Source of the DNA: a virus | DNA length: 64,000 nt | IMG/VR virus record: IMGVR_UViG_3300025941_000018 | Location: 11,296-75,295 of that record | Direction: 5' to 3' (one strand) | Part shown: positions 8,354 through 18,538 of the stretch, piece after piece | Layout of the letters: every line of letters begins with the position of its first letter | Position numbering within the stretch: the first letter of the stretch is position 1 | Translations under genes and position numbers: made by a program | Notes under the pieces: model-generated | Databases searched by the model: none | What the model was told of the DNA's origin: nothing | The model's input: only the letters and a program-made list of their open reading frames with translations

Positions 8354-11300
8354 GGCCGCCGCCTAGTCCGCCGCCCAAGGTTGTCCCGCGTGATGCTGTG
8401 GCCAGCCTGGGAGTGCCTGAAGCCCCGCCAGGCCCACCCACAGCCGGTGCCACAGCCGCACGGCTTGCCGCAGGCGCTCCGCCGCCGCCTATAGATGCCA
8501 CACTAACCCCAACCGACTCCAAAGCGTCTTGATTCGCCCGCTGGAACGCTTTAGCGACGGCGACCTTGTCACTGCCATCCAATCCTTGAAGTTCCTGCTT
8601 GAAATTCACCCCTCGCTGCACCGTGTAATCTTGTAACTCCTGATTCGTCATCGGCCTGAAATCGTTGCCGATGGCGTAGCCCTTATTTGGATTGATGGAC
8701 GGTGGTCGATAGCCGCTTTCAAACACTGCCACGTAGGGTGCCTCTTCCAGTTGCGCTTTCACCGGCAGGGGATACGTGCCTGACAGCATCGTCTGGACGT
8801 AGTTCTGAACGGCATCAGGAGTGCCCACAGGGTCGCCCATGAAGTTGACTGCCTTGTGCCCGCTGGTTGGAAGCGCGACCAGGAAGTCCATGAATGTCGC
8901 CTGTCGAGGATCGAGATGCACGCCGACCGCCCGCATCTGTTCTTGCCAGCCAGGGAGCCCGGGGACCACGGGGCTGATATACGACGCCGCGAGCTTGGTC
9001 GGACTGAAGCTGCCTGCCTCCGTGAACGACTGCGCGGCACCGGTCAGGGTCTTGCCGGACATCAGCAGAGCCAGCGCCGATTCGGCCGCAACTTGGAAGC
9101 GCTCCATGGTAGTAGGAGGCGGGATTTTGCCAGGGGTAAGACCCTTCTTCTCTGCCTCTTGGTTCATGGCGGTCTGCTGCTGTGTGCGCCGCTCAATCAA
9201 ATCCTTTGCTGCCTGCGCGCCGCCGGCATAGGGAGCCAGGAAAGTGCCGACGCCAACCGTCGTGCTCAGTCGGTAAACATGGTTGTCGCCCAGGTTGATC
9301 TCGATGGTTCCCCATTTGTGGCCTGCCTTCTCAGCCAAGTCACGTTCAGCACGATCCATCGGTGGCCGGCCAAAATATTTCATCAGGTTGTTGAACACGG
9401 CCCAAACTGCGATTGCGCCAAAAGCGGTGCCAAGCAAGGCTTGAAAACGGCGCTGCCAAACGTCCTCCTCGGTGGTGAAATAAGGCGACGGTTCAGCCCC
9501 GCGTGGCCGCATGTTAGCCATCGCGTACAGCGGCGTGTTCATAAACGCCCAGTTGATGCCGGTGCCGATGGCATTCGAGAACTGGGTAAAGAACCCCGGC
9601 AGCCCGGCGCCGCGCAACATGCTTTGCGCGTACTTCAGCGGCACGGTAACCAGCGCGCCCGGGCCAGTCTTCACCGGTTCCTGCCATGCGGACAGCCGTT
9701 TGAGCAGGTCGGCGCGCTTCTGGAACTCATCGGCGGGCAAATGGGCCATCCGAATCTCGTCATACATGCGGCTGAGAACGAGCGCCGATGCCCGCTCGAC
9801 CAGTTCAGCCTCAGTCAGCGTCTCGCCAGCGGCTGCCGCTATCCTGCGAGCATCGGCCAGGGCGGCATCTCGCTTCGCCGGCAGTCCCTTGAACACCCTG
9901 TCGCGAATCACTAATCGGTCAGCCAGCAGAAAGCCCTTCTGGATGAGGCTCGAATCGACAAGGTTGGACATTTCAGTCATCTCGACCGCCGTACCCTGCC
10001 AGGCATCCATGGCGCGGATGAAGTGCAAAGACCACTTCACGAGTCCCAGGAAGCGCAGTGCCCCGGCCTGAGCAGTCTTGCCTTGGGCATCCAATTCCTT
10101 AGCCTTGAGTTCCATCCGCTCGAAAGCCTGAACTCCGGACATCAAACGCTCGACGTTTCGGGTCTCGCCGCGATTGAGCAATCCTGCCCTGAACGCCAGC
10201 AGCCCTGGCTTAATGGCATCCACGGTCTCTTTGAACCCTTGGACCATCGTGCGCCCGAGGTCTCCCCATGCCTGCCCGATGGACTCTTCGCCGCGCTCCA
10301 CCCTTGCTGCCACGAATCCCGCAGCCCGACTCGGAACGTGCATCAAGAACTGTGTTGCCATGTGGAGTGGTAGCCGGAAGCCGAACCCGGTCTTGAGCAG
10401 CAGATTGGCAATCTCGAACTCGTTGGTCGCCGCAGCGATGTTCTGCCGTGTAGCCCAGAACTTCGACCATTTGATGGGCTGCGTGAGCCGTGCCCAGCGT
10501 GCCGCTAATTCCCGGTTGGCTGCCCCGATCTTCCCTTCCATGGTCACCATGCGCTCACGGCGGGCCTTCTCGACGTCGCCACCAGCGTCTTTGATTTCTT
10601 CCGGGGTAGGTTCGGCCAGCCGCTGGGCTCGCTCGCTCAACTCCCGCATGATGCGGATCTCCGCTGGGCTGGGTGGCGTGTAGCCGTTGGCCTTCGCAAT
10701 CTCGGCGATGATGGTCGTCGGATCGGCACCACCAGCATTGAACATTCGATGCAGTTTCTCGACCACATTGCGCCTGCGCATCTGTTTGCGCTCCTGTGGC
10801 GTCAGAGCGTCGATAGCCTGCTTTCCAGCCGCTGCCAGCGCTTTGGTCATCGGGAGCTTAAACGCCGCCTGGAACATCGCCTTGACCTTGTCCACCTGCG
10901 CTGGGTCGATGCTCAGATCGCGGACCATGTGGTCGGCAAACCTCTCAGCCAGCTCGTCCTGGCGGTAAAACGGGGTTTCCAGCACTTGCTTGGTCAAACT
11001 GCTGACATTTGGCACCAACCGCTGAACCACGCCCTTAGCCGCCACATTGTCAATCATGGGCGTGTCGATGCCACCGGCGCGGATGATGCCTTCCAGCTTG
11101 CCTTTGGCCTCATCAAGCCGCTTGGCGCGCGCCTCCGGGGTGATCGGCGCCACGTCGAAGGTGCGATCTGCACCCTTCAGGAAGCTTCGGGTAATCCGTT
11201 CTTCCGCTGCCTGCAGCCGTTCGGCCAGGTAGGTCCAGGTCACGGCTTCCAGATACGTGCGGGTTGGCTCATCTAAGGCGTTGAACTTCTCGGCCGTAGC

Positions 11301-14300
11301 GATTTCCTCACTCTTGCGCTCAATCCATTGCTGCTTTTCAGCCCTTGTCGAGGTTGCCAGGCTTTCCAATTCCTTAGCCGACACGTATTTCGAATCGACG
11401 CTGCGAATCAGACGGCGCGTTCGGTCGGTCTGGAAGCGTGGGTCTCGCGACACCCCGGCGTTAATCAGCCCGCGCAGACGCTCGGATGCCGTCTTAGGCA
11501 CGTTCGCCTTCGGGTCGAAGAAATTATCCACGACTCGCTGCTGGGCTTTCTTCAATTGGGCGAGCATCTGCTGCTCGATGGCGTTGTAAACCCGAAGCTT
11601 GGTCTCCGGAGATGCAGCGGACATATCCACCACAGCCTCGATATTATCCATGAAAGCACCCATCACGCGGGCTTTCTCTTCATCCTCGGACTTCGCCAGC
11701 TTCACCAAGTCAATGCGGGTGTCAGCGGGCTTGACCTTGGGGTCCTCGAACTTCGTGCCTTTGAAATGTTCACTAAGCACCTGCCGCACGAGCCGCATGG
11801 TTGTCGGGTTGTAGCCAAGGTCTTCGCCAATCTTCTCCCAGTGCGCGTACTTCGGCAGCTTCATACCTTCGTCGATGAACTGCTGTGGCGGCATCACACG
11901 CTCATTGCCTGGTCCTGCCAGGTCGATTTCCGTCAGCATGTCCTCAAGGGCGGCCTTGCGCTCCGGGTCTTTCTCGCTGGTCGCGTACTTCTTCAGGATG
12001 ACACGGCCCGCATTCCACTGCGCTTCTTCCAACGCCCATTCGAGGGATTGCCCAATCGCATCAGCGGTCTTCGGATCGAGCATCAAATGGAGTTCTTCCA
12101 TCGCCGTCAACTTGGTCTTGCCTGGACGCGGCTTTGGCTCAATGCCGTATTTGGCTTTCAGCCGCTCGAGTACCTTGTCGTAAGCCTCATTCTCTTTGCT
12201 CTTGAGCGCGAGTTGTTCTGGGGTCAATGGTTGCTTGGGTGCCAATGCTCGCTGCAAGCGTCGGTACAACCTGCCGCCTTGGTCCTGAGCACTCAGCCGA
12301 ATCAGTGTATTGATGAATGTCCTCGCGTCGGGATGGCCATTAAGCGCGTCCTCGATCTCTTTGGGCGTGAACAGATCGCGGAAATGGGTCAGCGCCCGCT
12401 CAATCACTTTGCGGATGCCGTCGCCATTGAATGCCTGCGAAAACTCTTTGTGCAGATACACGTCCACGTTGCGGCCAATCACGTCCAGCCCGGGCTTGAG
12501 GCGGGAGAGGGCCGACAGCGCGGCGCCCACGCTGCTAATCTCGCCCTGAGCCACGGCAAATAAATCATCGCGCAGTCCGGTCGGTAGTGTTGCCATCGCT
12601 GAGCCCGGCACGTTGCTGTAGTTTAGGCGCACGGAATTGAGCAGGTGCATCAGCAACCCATTAGCCTTCCCGGGTTCATTCTGCGCTCGAATCTCAGCCT
12701 TCATCCGTTCCAGCAGCTTCTCGAATTGCTCCCGTTGATCCTCGCCACTGGCGTCAAACCGATAGACTTCCTTCTCCATCTTGCCCGTCTCGGGGTCCAT
12801 GACGGCAGTATCGGTGAACGGGATCTTAAGCGAGTCCAGCACGGTCTTGCTGAAATCCTTCATTGTGGCGATCTGCGCAGCGGTCTGTCGGCTGAGCACG
12901 CCGAAGTCCGTGCCCATGACCTTCGTCTCCGTGTATGGGCTTGGCGGCTCTTCTTCGCTCGGGCCGAGAGACGCCATCAATCGCTCGTGCTCAAACTGAT
13001 TGCCGCTCTCCGGTGTGGTATCAAATCGCCCAGCCATCACCGCATCGAGCACATCGTTCTGCCGCGGCCGCATTCGCAGGGCTTTGCGAAGTGCCGACAG
13101 GAATTGCTGCCAAATCGCTTTGACCCTGGCCCAGAAGCCCTCGACGACAGAGCCAGCCTTTTGCTCAAACCTGTCGCTGAACGAGTGCGCGAAATATTCT
13201 TCGTCGTTCGAATGGTGATATAGCAGCTTCTCGTAACGCTTCGGATAGTTGCGGGACAAGAAGTCCTTGGTGTCCACCGTCGGATTGTCGCGCAGGTCAG
13301 TTAGCGCAGCGGTCAGTTCGGCGTTGCCCTCATTCTCTTTCAGTAAGACCTCAATGCTCGCCAACTTGAGCCTGTTTATCTCTGCCCGAATGTCTTCTGG
13401 AAGGACGTTCTGGTAAAGCCAGTGCGCAAATTCATGTGGCAGAGTCTTCGGGTCGGCGGTTCGACCGAACTGAATCAGATTTTGAAGTGTACTTCCAGCG
13501 TATCCGTTCTCCACTGCGTCAGTGATGACAACTCGAACACCTTCGAAATCTTTCGCAACGGGCAAATCCAGCAGCGCATTCGCCAGCCTGACAACTTGCG
13601 GAGATAACCCCGCGTCCTTGGCGTTGATCGCCGTGCGCAACTCTTCGACGGTGCGGGCTTCGACGGGCTGACGCTCGCGCAACGGCGAAGTCAACTCTTC
13701 CGTCGGAGTGCTGGCCATTGCGCCAGGTTCGCGCATCGCAGGCGTGATGGCGATAGCGTGAACCGGAGTCGTTATCGGCACTCCGATTTGCTGCATGGCT
13801 TTTTCAGCATCAGCCCTGCTCGAAAACTGCGAGGACAGTTGCTCTCGCACCCCGTCGGGGGTTCTTCCGTAAACAACCCAAAATCCTTGGAACGAACCCG
13901 GCTCAACTTTGAGGTCGGTCATCCCTTCTCCTTCGCGCTCGCCAACCGAAATGCCCTGCGTTCCAACCTTCACCCCCGCCTTCTTCACCGGAGCCAGATT
14001 GTTGACGACGTTGGGTAGGTCTTGGTCGTAGAGTTTTTTGAGGCCAGCGCCACCGACTCTAAGATCCAGACCGGTGAAGTCCTGTTGCTCTCTGCCGTCT
14101 CTGGCAGCGGCAGCGGCCTTCTCGCCAAGTTCTTTGCCGATGTAATCGGACAGTTTGTCTGCGGAAATTCCAGAGGCAATCTCATACCAGTTGCCCTCGG
14201 TTTCGTGACCCACGCGCCTGACGGAAACGTCCACTTTCTTTCCGTCGCCTGAAATATTCTCGACGCGGATAGCCGACACATGCTTGCTGAGATCATATCG

Positions 14301-17300
14301 TTCCGCTTGTTGAGTCCCCGTCGTCCAACCAACTGCTTCAAACCCATTCTCTGCCGCATGACGTAAAGCCCAACGCATCGCAATCTCGCGCCAGTGCTTT
14401 TGAAACAGGGCGGGCATCTTCTCGAACTCGCCTTTTTGAGGGGGTTGGACCTCCTCAAGAAAAAGCATTCGCTTGCCGTCTGCCGCGGCACGTTCGTTAT
14501 AGCGGAGGCGAACGATGGGATTTGGAATGGCGGCGTACTGCGAGTGGCCGTCGCGCCAGCCGGGCTTTCCCGTGATGGATTGAATTGCATCCTGCTCCGT
14601 CGCTCCGCTGCCTCTATTTAGACCGCTTTGACCCCTGACGATCCATAATCCCCTGCCGTCTGCCGTCTCGACCTTTTCAAGCGTGAATCCTTTCGGAAGG
14701 GCTTGCGGTGTTTTTACTTCCGGCACGGTCAACAGTACTTCGCGATAGCTGCCCTCCTTTGCGCCAGGGAGTGTGTATTGGGAGAAGTGGGTGTCGGTTG
14801 TCACTGGCCCCATCTCGACCTCGGCGCGATCAGCGTCTATGTTCTGTAAAGCTTCGGTTTCATCGTAATGCCCCGGAGCTGATCCGACGTAATTCCCATC
14901 AACGAAACCAACCCAGTCCTCTGGCTTGTGCCAGTCGTGTCCGGGTATCTGCGACTGCTCGTCCGGAGTGAGTGAACCGAATCGACGCAGTTGCGCGGCA
15001 AACTTTTTCTGTCCCAACGTCACATCCTTCACTTGAATCTCATTCGCCTTGAGATAATCCAGCACGTCGGTCTTGGTGTAGGTCTTACCGTCCTCCAAAC
15101 CATCGACGCGCATCAATGCCCATTCGTCTTTGAGCACACCAGGACGATTGCGCAGTTCAGCTTTCCACTGTGCGCCGGTTGCTTTGCCTGTGCGACTGGC
15201 CATCGCCTGCTTGAGAATGTCGCCCAGCGCGGCTTTCTCGCCTTCTGTCGGTGGTTCTTCGGCGGCTGGTGTCGGCGCTTCCGGCTCTGGCTTGGTTGGT
15301 TCAATCTTTGGTTTCAGGTCGGGGTAGTCCGCGAGAACTTCTGCGGGCACGTCCTTACCTTCGCTTAGGGCTTGTTGAACGGCGAGCTTGTGGCTCTGCG
15401 CTTCGCCCGCCATTGTGAGTTCTTCGTTTTTCACAATGCCAGCCCGCATCCCGGCTCGATTCACACGATCAAAAGCTCTGGCGTTCGCGGCCTTTATCCA
15501 GTCGCGGCCTTTCTGCGTTTTGGCTTTTAGGTTCGATCCGCCCTTTACCTTCTTGGCCTCAAGGTCTCCCGATTTAATAAGGGCTTCTGACTCAGATCGC
15601 AGGGTTTCTCGAAGTTCTGATTCAGTCTCAACTTGCGGGCCTGCGTCCGTTCGCGGAAAACGTGCTTGGTAATCTGATTTCGTCATCTGCCATGGCTCTT
15701 TGGACGGTTCGACGTTGGGCGTGACAGGCGCACTCACAACCTCCTTTCCAATGTCCGAAAGGTCGGCTGCTGCTGGTGGCATCGGCTTCTGCGCGGGTGG
15801 AGGCGGCACTTGGCTGACAATCGTTTCGCCAGGATAAAGGCTCGCTGTTGACCATGCTCCATCTTTCACACGGCTAATCATCGGCGGCACACCGGGCACC
15901 TGCTCCCAGTAGCCACCGAATGCGGCTTGGTAGGTCGAACCGTCGGGCCGTTGGATGGTGACTGCGGTGTGGTTTGGTGGCAGTGGCGGGATGCTGGCCG
16001 CGCCTGAAATCTCTGTTATTTGTGCTTTTGGAATTACGTCCGAGTAATTGATTCTCGCAAGCCTTTGTTGAACGATCTTACCGTCATCGAGGAACACATC
16101 CAATTGGGCGGGGTGATTAAACATCGCCCTGCCACCGGCGTTATGTTTTTCTGGGCGCAGTCTCGCTATGTAGTTCTTTCCGCCGGAGGAAAACTTCATT
16201 GCGTGTGTGTATTGACCCTCGTCGCCCACTTCGGTCGAAAGCACGTATGGGTCGGATTCAATTGTCCGCTTAATGTCGGCTCTAAACACCGGATTGTCCG
16301 ACATTGAAGCCAGAGCTTTCTGCCGATTTGACAGAGGCTTTGGTGGTGCGGGAACTACCGTCGGCTGGGTCGGCGCTTGGGTGACTGGCGAGATTTCTGG
16401 CGTGGCTTCGGGCGCGACGACAGGCGGCGTCCCTTGACCACCTTGCCCACTTTCTCTGGCAGGCTGCGGTACGACACTGGGGCTTCCTTCTGCCACTTGT
16501 GCAGCAGGTCCGGGCGGTTGACCGCCGCCCACTTCCACTGGTGCTTGCTCTTGATTGGCATTTGGTCCTTGATTTAAGAGGCGCGTGGCCTCGGGTTGAA
16601 CTGTCGGCACTGCTGACGGTTGGGCTACTGCCGTGGCCTGACCTTCTGGCGTCACTTCGACCGTGCGTTTACGGCCGCCTTTGATGCCCAGCATCTGCGC
16701 AAGTTTCTCAGGCCAGCCTTGCTCGACAATGTTGACGCCTTTTGTGCGGGCCTCTTTGATATTGCCAGGACCGCCGCCAACCTGTCGGCCAAGTTGGTCG
16801 TTGATCATCTGGACAAGATCCTTCTCTGACTGTGTGGCCGATTCATCACCGCGTTGGACTCGCGTGTAAATGTCTCGTAGTTCTTCGGGCGAATAACTCT
16901 CGATCACCTTGCGAGTTGCTAGCGTGTCGGCATTGCGTTCGACCCACGCGCGAGTCTTGCTCGGCACTTTCTTGCTGAATCTGCCGATGCCAAGCAGGGA
17001 GAAACCCAAGTTTGTGCCGATGATCTCAGCCAAGTGCAAAGCCGCGCCCTGCGGGTCGGACTTCATCTGCGCCAGCAGTTCCGGAGTCTGGGTTGCTGTC
17101 ATGTAGCCATCGAGCGCTACCTGTTCGCCGATTGTTTCCAGCACCTTCTGCGCCGTCGCATTGATCGGTGCGGCCCCGCCTTTCGCCAGCGTCTTGCCAA
17201 TCGCCGCGGCGACCGCCGTCTTTCCGACCAGCCCAACGCCTGGCAGCAGGGACGCGATCAGCGCCTCCTTTGGATGGAAATTCCCCTCGTCGTCTATGCC

Positions 17301-17948
17301 GAACAATCCGCCAGCGGCAATTGACTGCGCGATCAACCCCTCGGGAGCCACGGCGAGCAACGCGAAGTTTGGCGCGGCCTTGGCCAAACTGAGGGCTGTG
17401 GCGCCCATCGCCGTTGCAACTGGAAATTCGCCACGGTCTTTTTGCTCCTGGGCTGAGGCTTGTACGGCCTGCTCGACTGGCAGCGGTTCTTCTAACGGTG
17501 CCGCGATATTCGCCTTCGTCAGATTCGGTGCCGTCGCGGTGCTTGGCCGCATGACATTGGCGATGTCGCCGAGTCCACCCATGACCGCTTTACCAGCCAG
17601 CCGCCGCGTCTCCGTGAAACTCAATGGCCGCGCATTCGGGGCTTCCGTCCCGCGTATGTCCGATTTATCCGGTGGCTCTGGTGGCGGCGGGTTCGACTCC
17701 CAACTGCTGCTAACGGGCGGGATGAAGGCTGTCGGGGTTGGGGATGGCCGCGATGAAACCCTTGCTTTGACTGGCGCTGGCGTCTCAACCGGGGTGCCGA
17801 TGTCGCTAAGGTCGAACGGGTCTGGCGCTTTGGCTGTTGGCACCGGCGTCCCAATATCGCTCAAATCCGTGGGCTGCATCTCGCGCCTGGGAGCAGGCAA
17901 AACCTCAGTGCCAATGTCGCTCAGGTCCGTTTCGTCCATTACTGCCAT
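8217..17948 (-). CDS. Giant polyvalent (probably ejected/internal virion) protein, 3243 aa
   Basis: Last gene of virion arm; zincin HEFAH...EEYFA metallopeptidase motif near 13.2-13.4 kb; large-polyvalent-type block (YREVLL..GH..RLR..LFLEEVQ); DLSDIG repeats; Arg-rich tail. Confidence 0.8.
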   Translation of the reverse strand: MAVMDETDLSDIGTEVLPAPRREMQPTDLSDIGTPVPTAKAPDPFDLSDIGTPVETPAPVKARVSSRPSPTPTAFIPPVSSSWESNPPPPEPPDKSDIRGTEAPNARPLSFTETRRLAGKAVMGGLGDIANVMRPSTATAPNLTKANIAAPLEEPLPVEQAVQASAQEQKDRGEFPVATAMGATALSLAKAAPNFALLAVAPEGLIAQSIAAGGLFGIDDEGNFHPKEALIASLLPGVGLVGKTAVAAAIGKTLAKGGAAPINATAQKVLETIGEQVALDGYMTATQTPELLAQMKSDPQGAALHLAEIIGTNLGFSLLGIGRFSKKVPSKTRAWVERNADTLATRKVIESYSPEELRDIYTRVQRGDESATQSEKDLVQMINDQLGRQVGGGPGNIKEARTKGVNIVEQGWPEKLAQMLGIKGGRKRTVEVTPEGQATAVAQPSAVPTVQPEATRLLNQGPNANQEQAPVEVGGGQPPGPAAQVAEGSPSVVPQPARESGQGGQGTPPVVAPEATPEISPVTQAPTQPTVVPAPPKPLSNRQKALASMSDNPVFRADIKRTIESDPYVLSTEVGDEGQYTHAMKFSSGGKNYIARLRPEKHNAGGRAMFNHPAQLDVFLDDGKIVQQRLARINYSDVIPKAQITEISGAASIPPLPPNHTAVTIQRPDGSTYQAAFGGYWEQVPGVPPMISRVKDGAWSTASLYPGETIVSQVPPPPAQKPMPPAAADLSDIGKEVVSAPVTPNVEPSKEPWQMTKSDYQARFPRTDAGPQVETESELRETLRSESEALIKSGDLEAKKVKGGSNLKAKTQKGRDWIKAANARAFDRVNRAGMRAGIVKNEELTMAGEAQSHKLAVQQALSEGKDVPAEVLADYPDLKPKIEPTKPEPEAPTPAAEEPPTEGEKAALGDILKQAMASRTGKATGAQWKAELRNRPGVLKDEWALMRVDGLEDGKTYTKTDVLDYLKANEIQVKDVTLGQKKFAAQLRRFGSLTPDEQSQIPGHDWHKPEDWVGFVDGNYVGSAPGHYDETEALQNIDADRAEVEMGPVTTDTHFSQYTLPGAKEGSYREVLLTVPEVKTPQALPKGFTLEKVETADGRGLWIVRGQSGLNRGSGATEQDAIQSITGKPGWRDGHSQYAAIPNPIVRLRYNERAAADGKRMLFLEEVQPPQKGEFEKMPALFQKHWREIAMRWALRHAAENGFEAVGWTTGTQQAERYDLSKHVSAIRVENISGDGKKVDVSVRRVGHETEGNWYEIASGISADKLSDYIGKELGEKAAAAARDGREQQDFTGLDLRVGGAGLKKLYDQDLPNVVNNLAPVKKAGVKVGTQGISVGEREGEGMTDLKVEPGSFQGFWVVYGRTPDGVREQLSSQFSSRADAEKAMQQIGVPITTPVHAIAITPAMREPGAMASTPTEELTSPLRERQPVEARTVEELRTAINAKDAGLSPQVVRLANALLDLPVAKDFEGVRVVITDAVENGYAGSTLQNLIQFGRTADPKTLPHEFAHWLYQNVLPEDIRAEINRLKLASIEVLLKENEGNAELTAALTDLRDNPTVDTKDFLSRNYPKRYEKLLYHHSNDEEYFAHSFSDRFEQKAGSVVEGFWARVKAIWQQFLSALRKALRMRPRQNDVLDAVMAGRFDTTPESGNQFEHERLMASLGPSEEEPPSPYTETKVMGTDFGVLSRQTAAQIATMKDFSKTVLDSLKIPFTDTAVMDPETGKMEKEVYRFDASGEDQREQFEKLLERMKAEIRAQNEPGKANGLLMHLLNSVRLNYSNVPGSAMATLPTGLRDDLFAVAQGEISSVGAALSALSRLKPGLDVIGRNVDVYLHKEFSQAFNGDGIRKVIERALTHFRDLFTPKEIEDALNGHPDARTFINTLIRLSAQDQGGRLYRRLQRALAPKQPLTPEQLALKSKENEAYDKVLERLKAKYGIEPKPRPGKTKLTAMEELHLMLDPKTADAIGQSLEWALEEAQWNAGRVILKKYATSEKDPERKAALEDMLTEIDLAGPGNERVMPPQQFIDEGMKLPKYAHWEKIGEDLGYNPTTMRLVRQVLSEHFKGTKFEDPKVKPADTRIDLVKLAKSEDEEKARVMGAFMDNIEAVVDMSAASPETKLRVYNAIEQQMLAQLKKAQQRVVDNFFDPKANVPKTASERLRGLINAGVSRDPRFQTDRTRRLIRSVDSKYVSAKELESLATSTRAEKQQWIERKSEEIATAEKFNALDEPTRTYLEAVTWTYLAERLQAAEERITRSFLKGADRTFDVAPITPEARAKRLDEAKGKLEGIIRAGGIDTPMIDNVAAKGVVQRLVPNVSSLTKQVLETPFYRQDELAERFADHMVRDLSIDPAQVDKVKAMFQAAFKLPMTKALAAAGKQAIDALTPQERKQMRRRNVVEKLHRMFNAGGADPTTIIAEIAKANGYTPPSPAEIRIMRELSERAQRLAEPTPEEIKDAGGDVEKARRERMVTMEGKIGAANRELAARWARLTQPIKWSKFWATRQNIAAATNEFEIANLLLKTGFGFRLPLHMATQFLMHVPSRAAGFVAARVERGEESIGQAWGDLGRTMVQGFKETVDAIKPGLLAFRAGLLNRGETRNVERLMSGVQAFERMELKAKELDAQGKTAQAGALRFLGLVKWSLHFIRAMDAWQGTAVEMTEMSNLVDSSLIQKGFLLADRLVIRDRVFKGLPAKRDAALADARRIAAAAGETLTEAELVERASALVLSRMYDEIRMAHLPADEFQKRADLLKRLSAWQEPVKTGPGALVTVPLKYAQSMLRGAGLPGFFTQFSNAIGTGINWAFMNTPLYAMANMRPRGAEPSPYFTTEEDVWQRRFQALLGTAFGAIAVWAVFNNLMKYFGRPPMDRAERDLAEKAGHKWGTIEINLGDNHVYRLSTTVGVGTFLAPYAGGAQAAKDLIERRTQQQTAMNQEAEKKGLTPGKIPPPTTMERFQVAAESALALLMSGKTLTGAAQSFTEAGSFSPTKLAASYISPVVPGLPGWQEQMRAVGVHLDPRQATFMDFLVALPTSGHKAVNFMGDPVGTPDAVQNYVQTMLSGTYPLPVKAQLEEAPYVAVFESGYRPPSINPNKGYAIGNDFRPMTNQELQDYTVQRGVNFKQELQGLDGSDKVAVAKAFQRANQDALESVGVSVASIGGGGAPAASRAAVAPAVGGPGGASGTPRLATASRGTTLGGGLGGGLTRSRGARVGSRRGLSPRMVGRSLTTMRAGRGLSPRRGVRRSSRR
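16355..16561 (-). CDS. Nested small basic protein in alternative frame
   Basis: AAGGA 4 nt before ATG; MPIKSKHQ..W...P...LPEKV resembles the small phage MP(F)KSxAQ proteins. Confidence 0.55.
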   Translation of the reverse strand: MPIKSKHQWKWAAVNRPDLLHKWQKEAPVSYRSLPEKVGKVVKGRRLSSRPKPRQKSRQSPKRRPSRR

Positions 17949-17982
17949 TCCCGCTTATAGCACCCAATGACGAATGTTCCAA
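17946..17982 (-). promoter_or_regulatory. Leaderless-type promoter of giant gene
   Basis: TTGGAA-17-TATAAG then 5 nt to ATG. Confidence 0.55.
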
Positions 17983-17995
17983 AGAAAGAAATTCT

Positions 17996-18538
17996 TTGAC
18001 AGTAGGCGCGAGACGTGGAAAAGTCGAAATGTTCAGGCGACTGACGCCAATACAAATGCAAACCAAAGCTCAATTTAGACTCCACTGGCCATCCGGTCCA
18101 AGGTCGTCTGAACAATGCCCTACCATGCGTTTGTGTGGGGGCCGGACCCATCGGATCTAACCGAGGCGGATTAAACCCCGTCCTCGGTCATTTTCTTTTT
18201 CGCCCGAACCGTTGCCGTTCAGCGGTGAGAAATGGACGCGAGGGTCGGCAATGGATTGCGGTACTCGGGAACTGATTACTACCGCACACGTGGGCGCGAA
18301 TGGGCCAGAGCGTGATTCAGCAGCCTTATACCCAAGGCTGAATAGTCTAGCCCCACCGCTCAAGGTCAAATTTTCGAGCGGAGCCAAAAGCGAAGCGAAG
18401 CGACCGACGGGCTTTCGTAAGAGCAGAGGCAGTAGCGCGTCCCTTAGGGGGCGCTCTGCCTTTTGCTCGCTCTCTCCCTCAAGGCTTTCATCAGTACAAG
18501 GCGGGGATCAGGGAAGTACAGGGGATCTTAACCCGTCC
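17996..18538 (+). ncRNA. Candidate structured non-coding RNA
   Basis: TTGACA-17-AAAAGT; TGTTCAGGCGAC/GTCGTCTGAACA pairing; hairpins ACCGAGG..CCTCGGT, TTCAGC..GCTGAA, CCGCTC..GAGCGG, GCAGAGGCAG..CTGCCTTTTGC; no convincing ORF. Confidence 0.4.

Noticed and set aside
8856-17970. Many long + strand ORFs (e.g. 8856..9914, 11328..12563, 17161..17970)
   Set aside because: Antisense shadows of the GC-rich giant gene; no motifs or start signals
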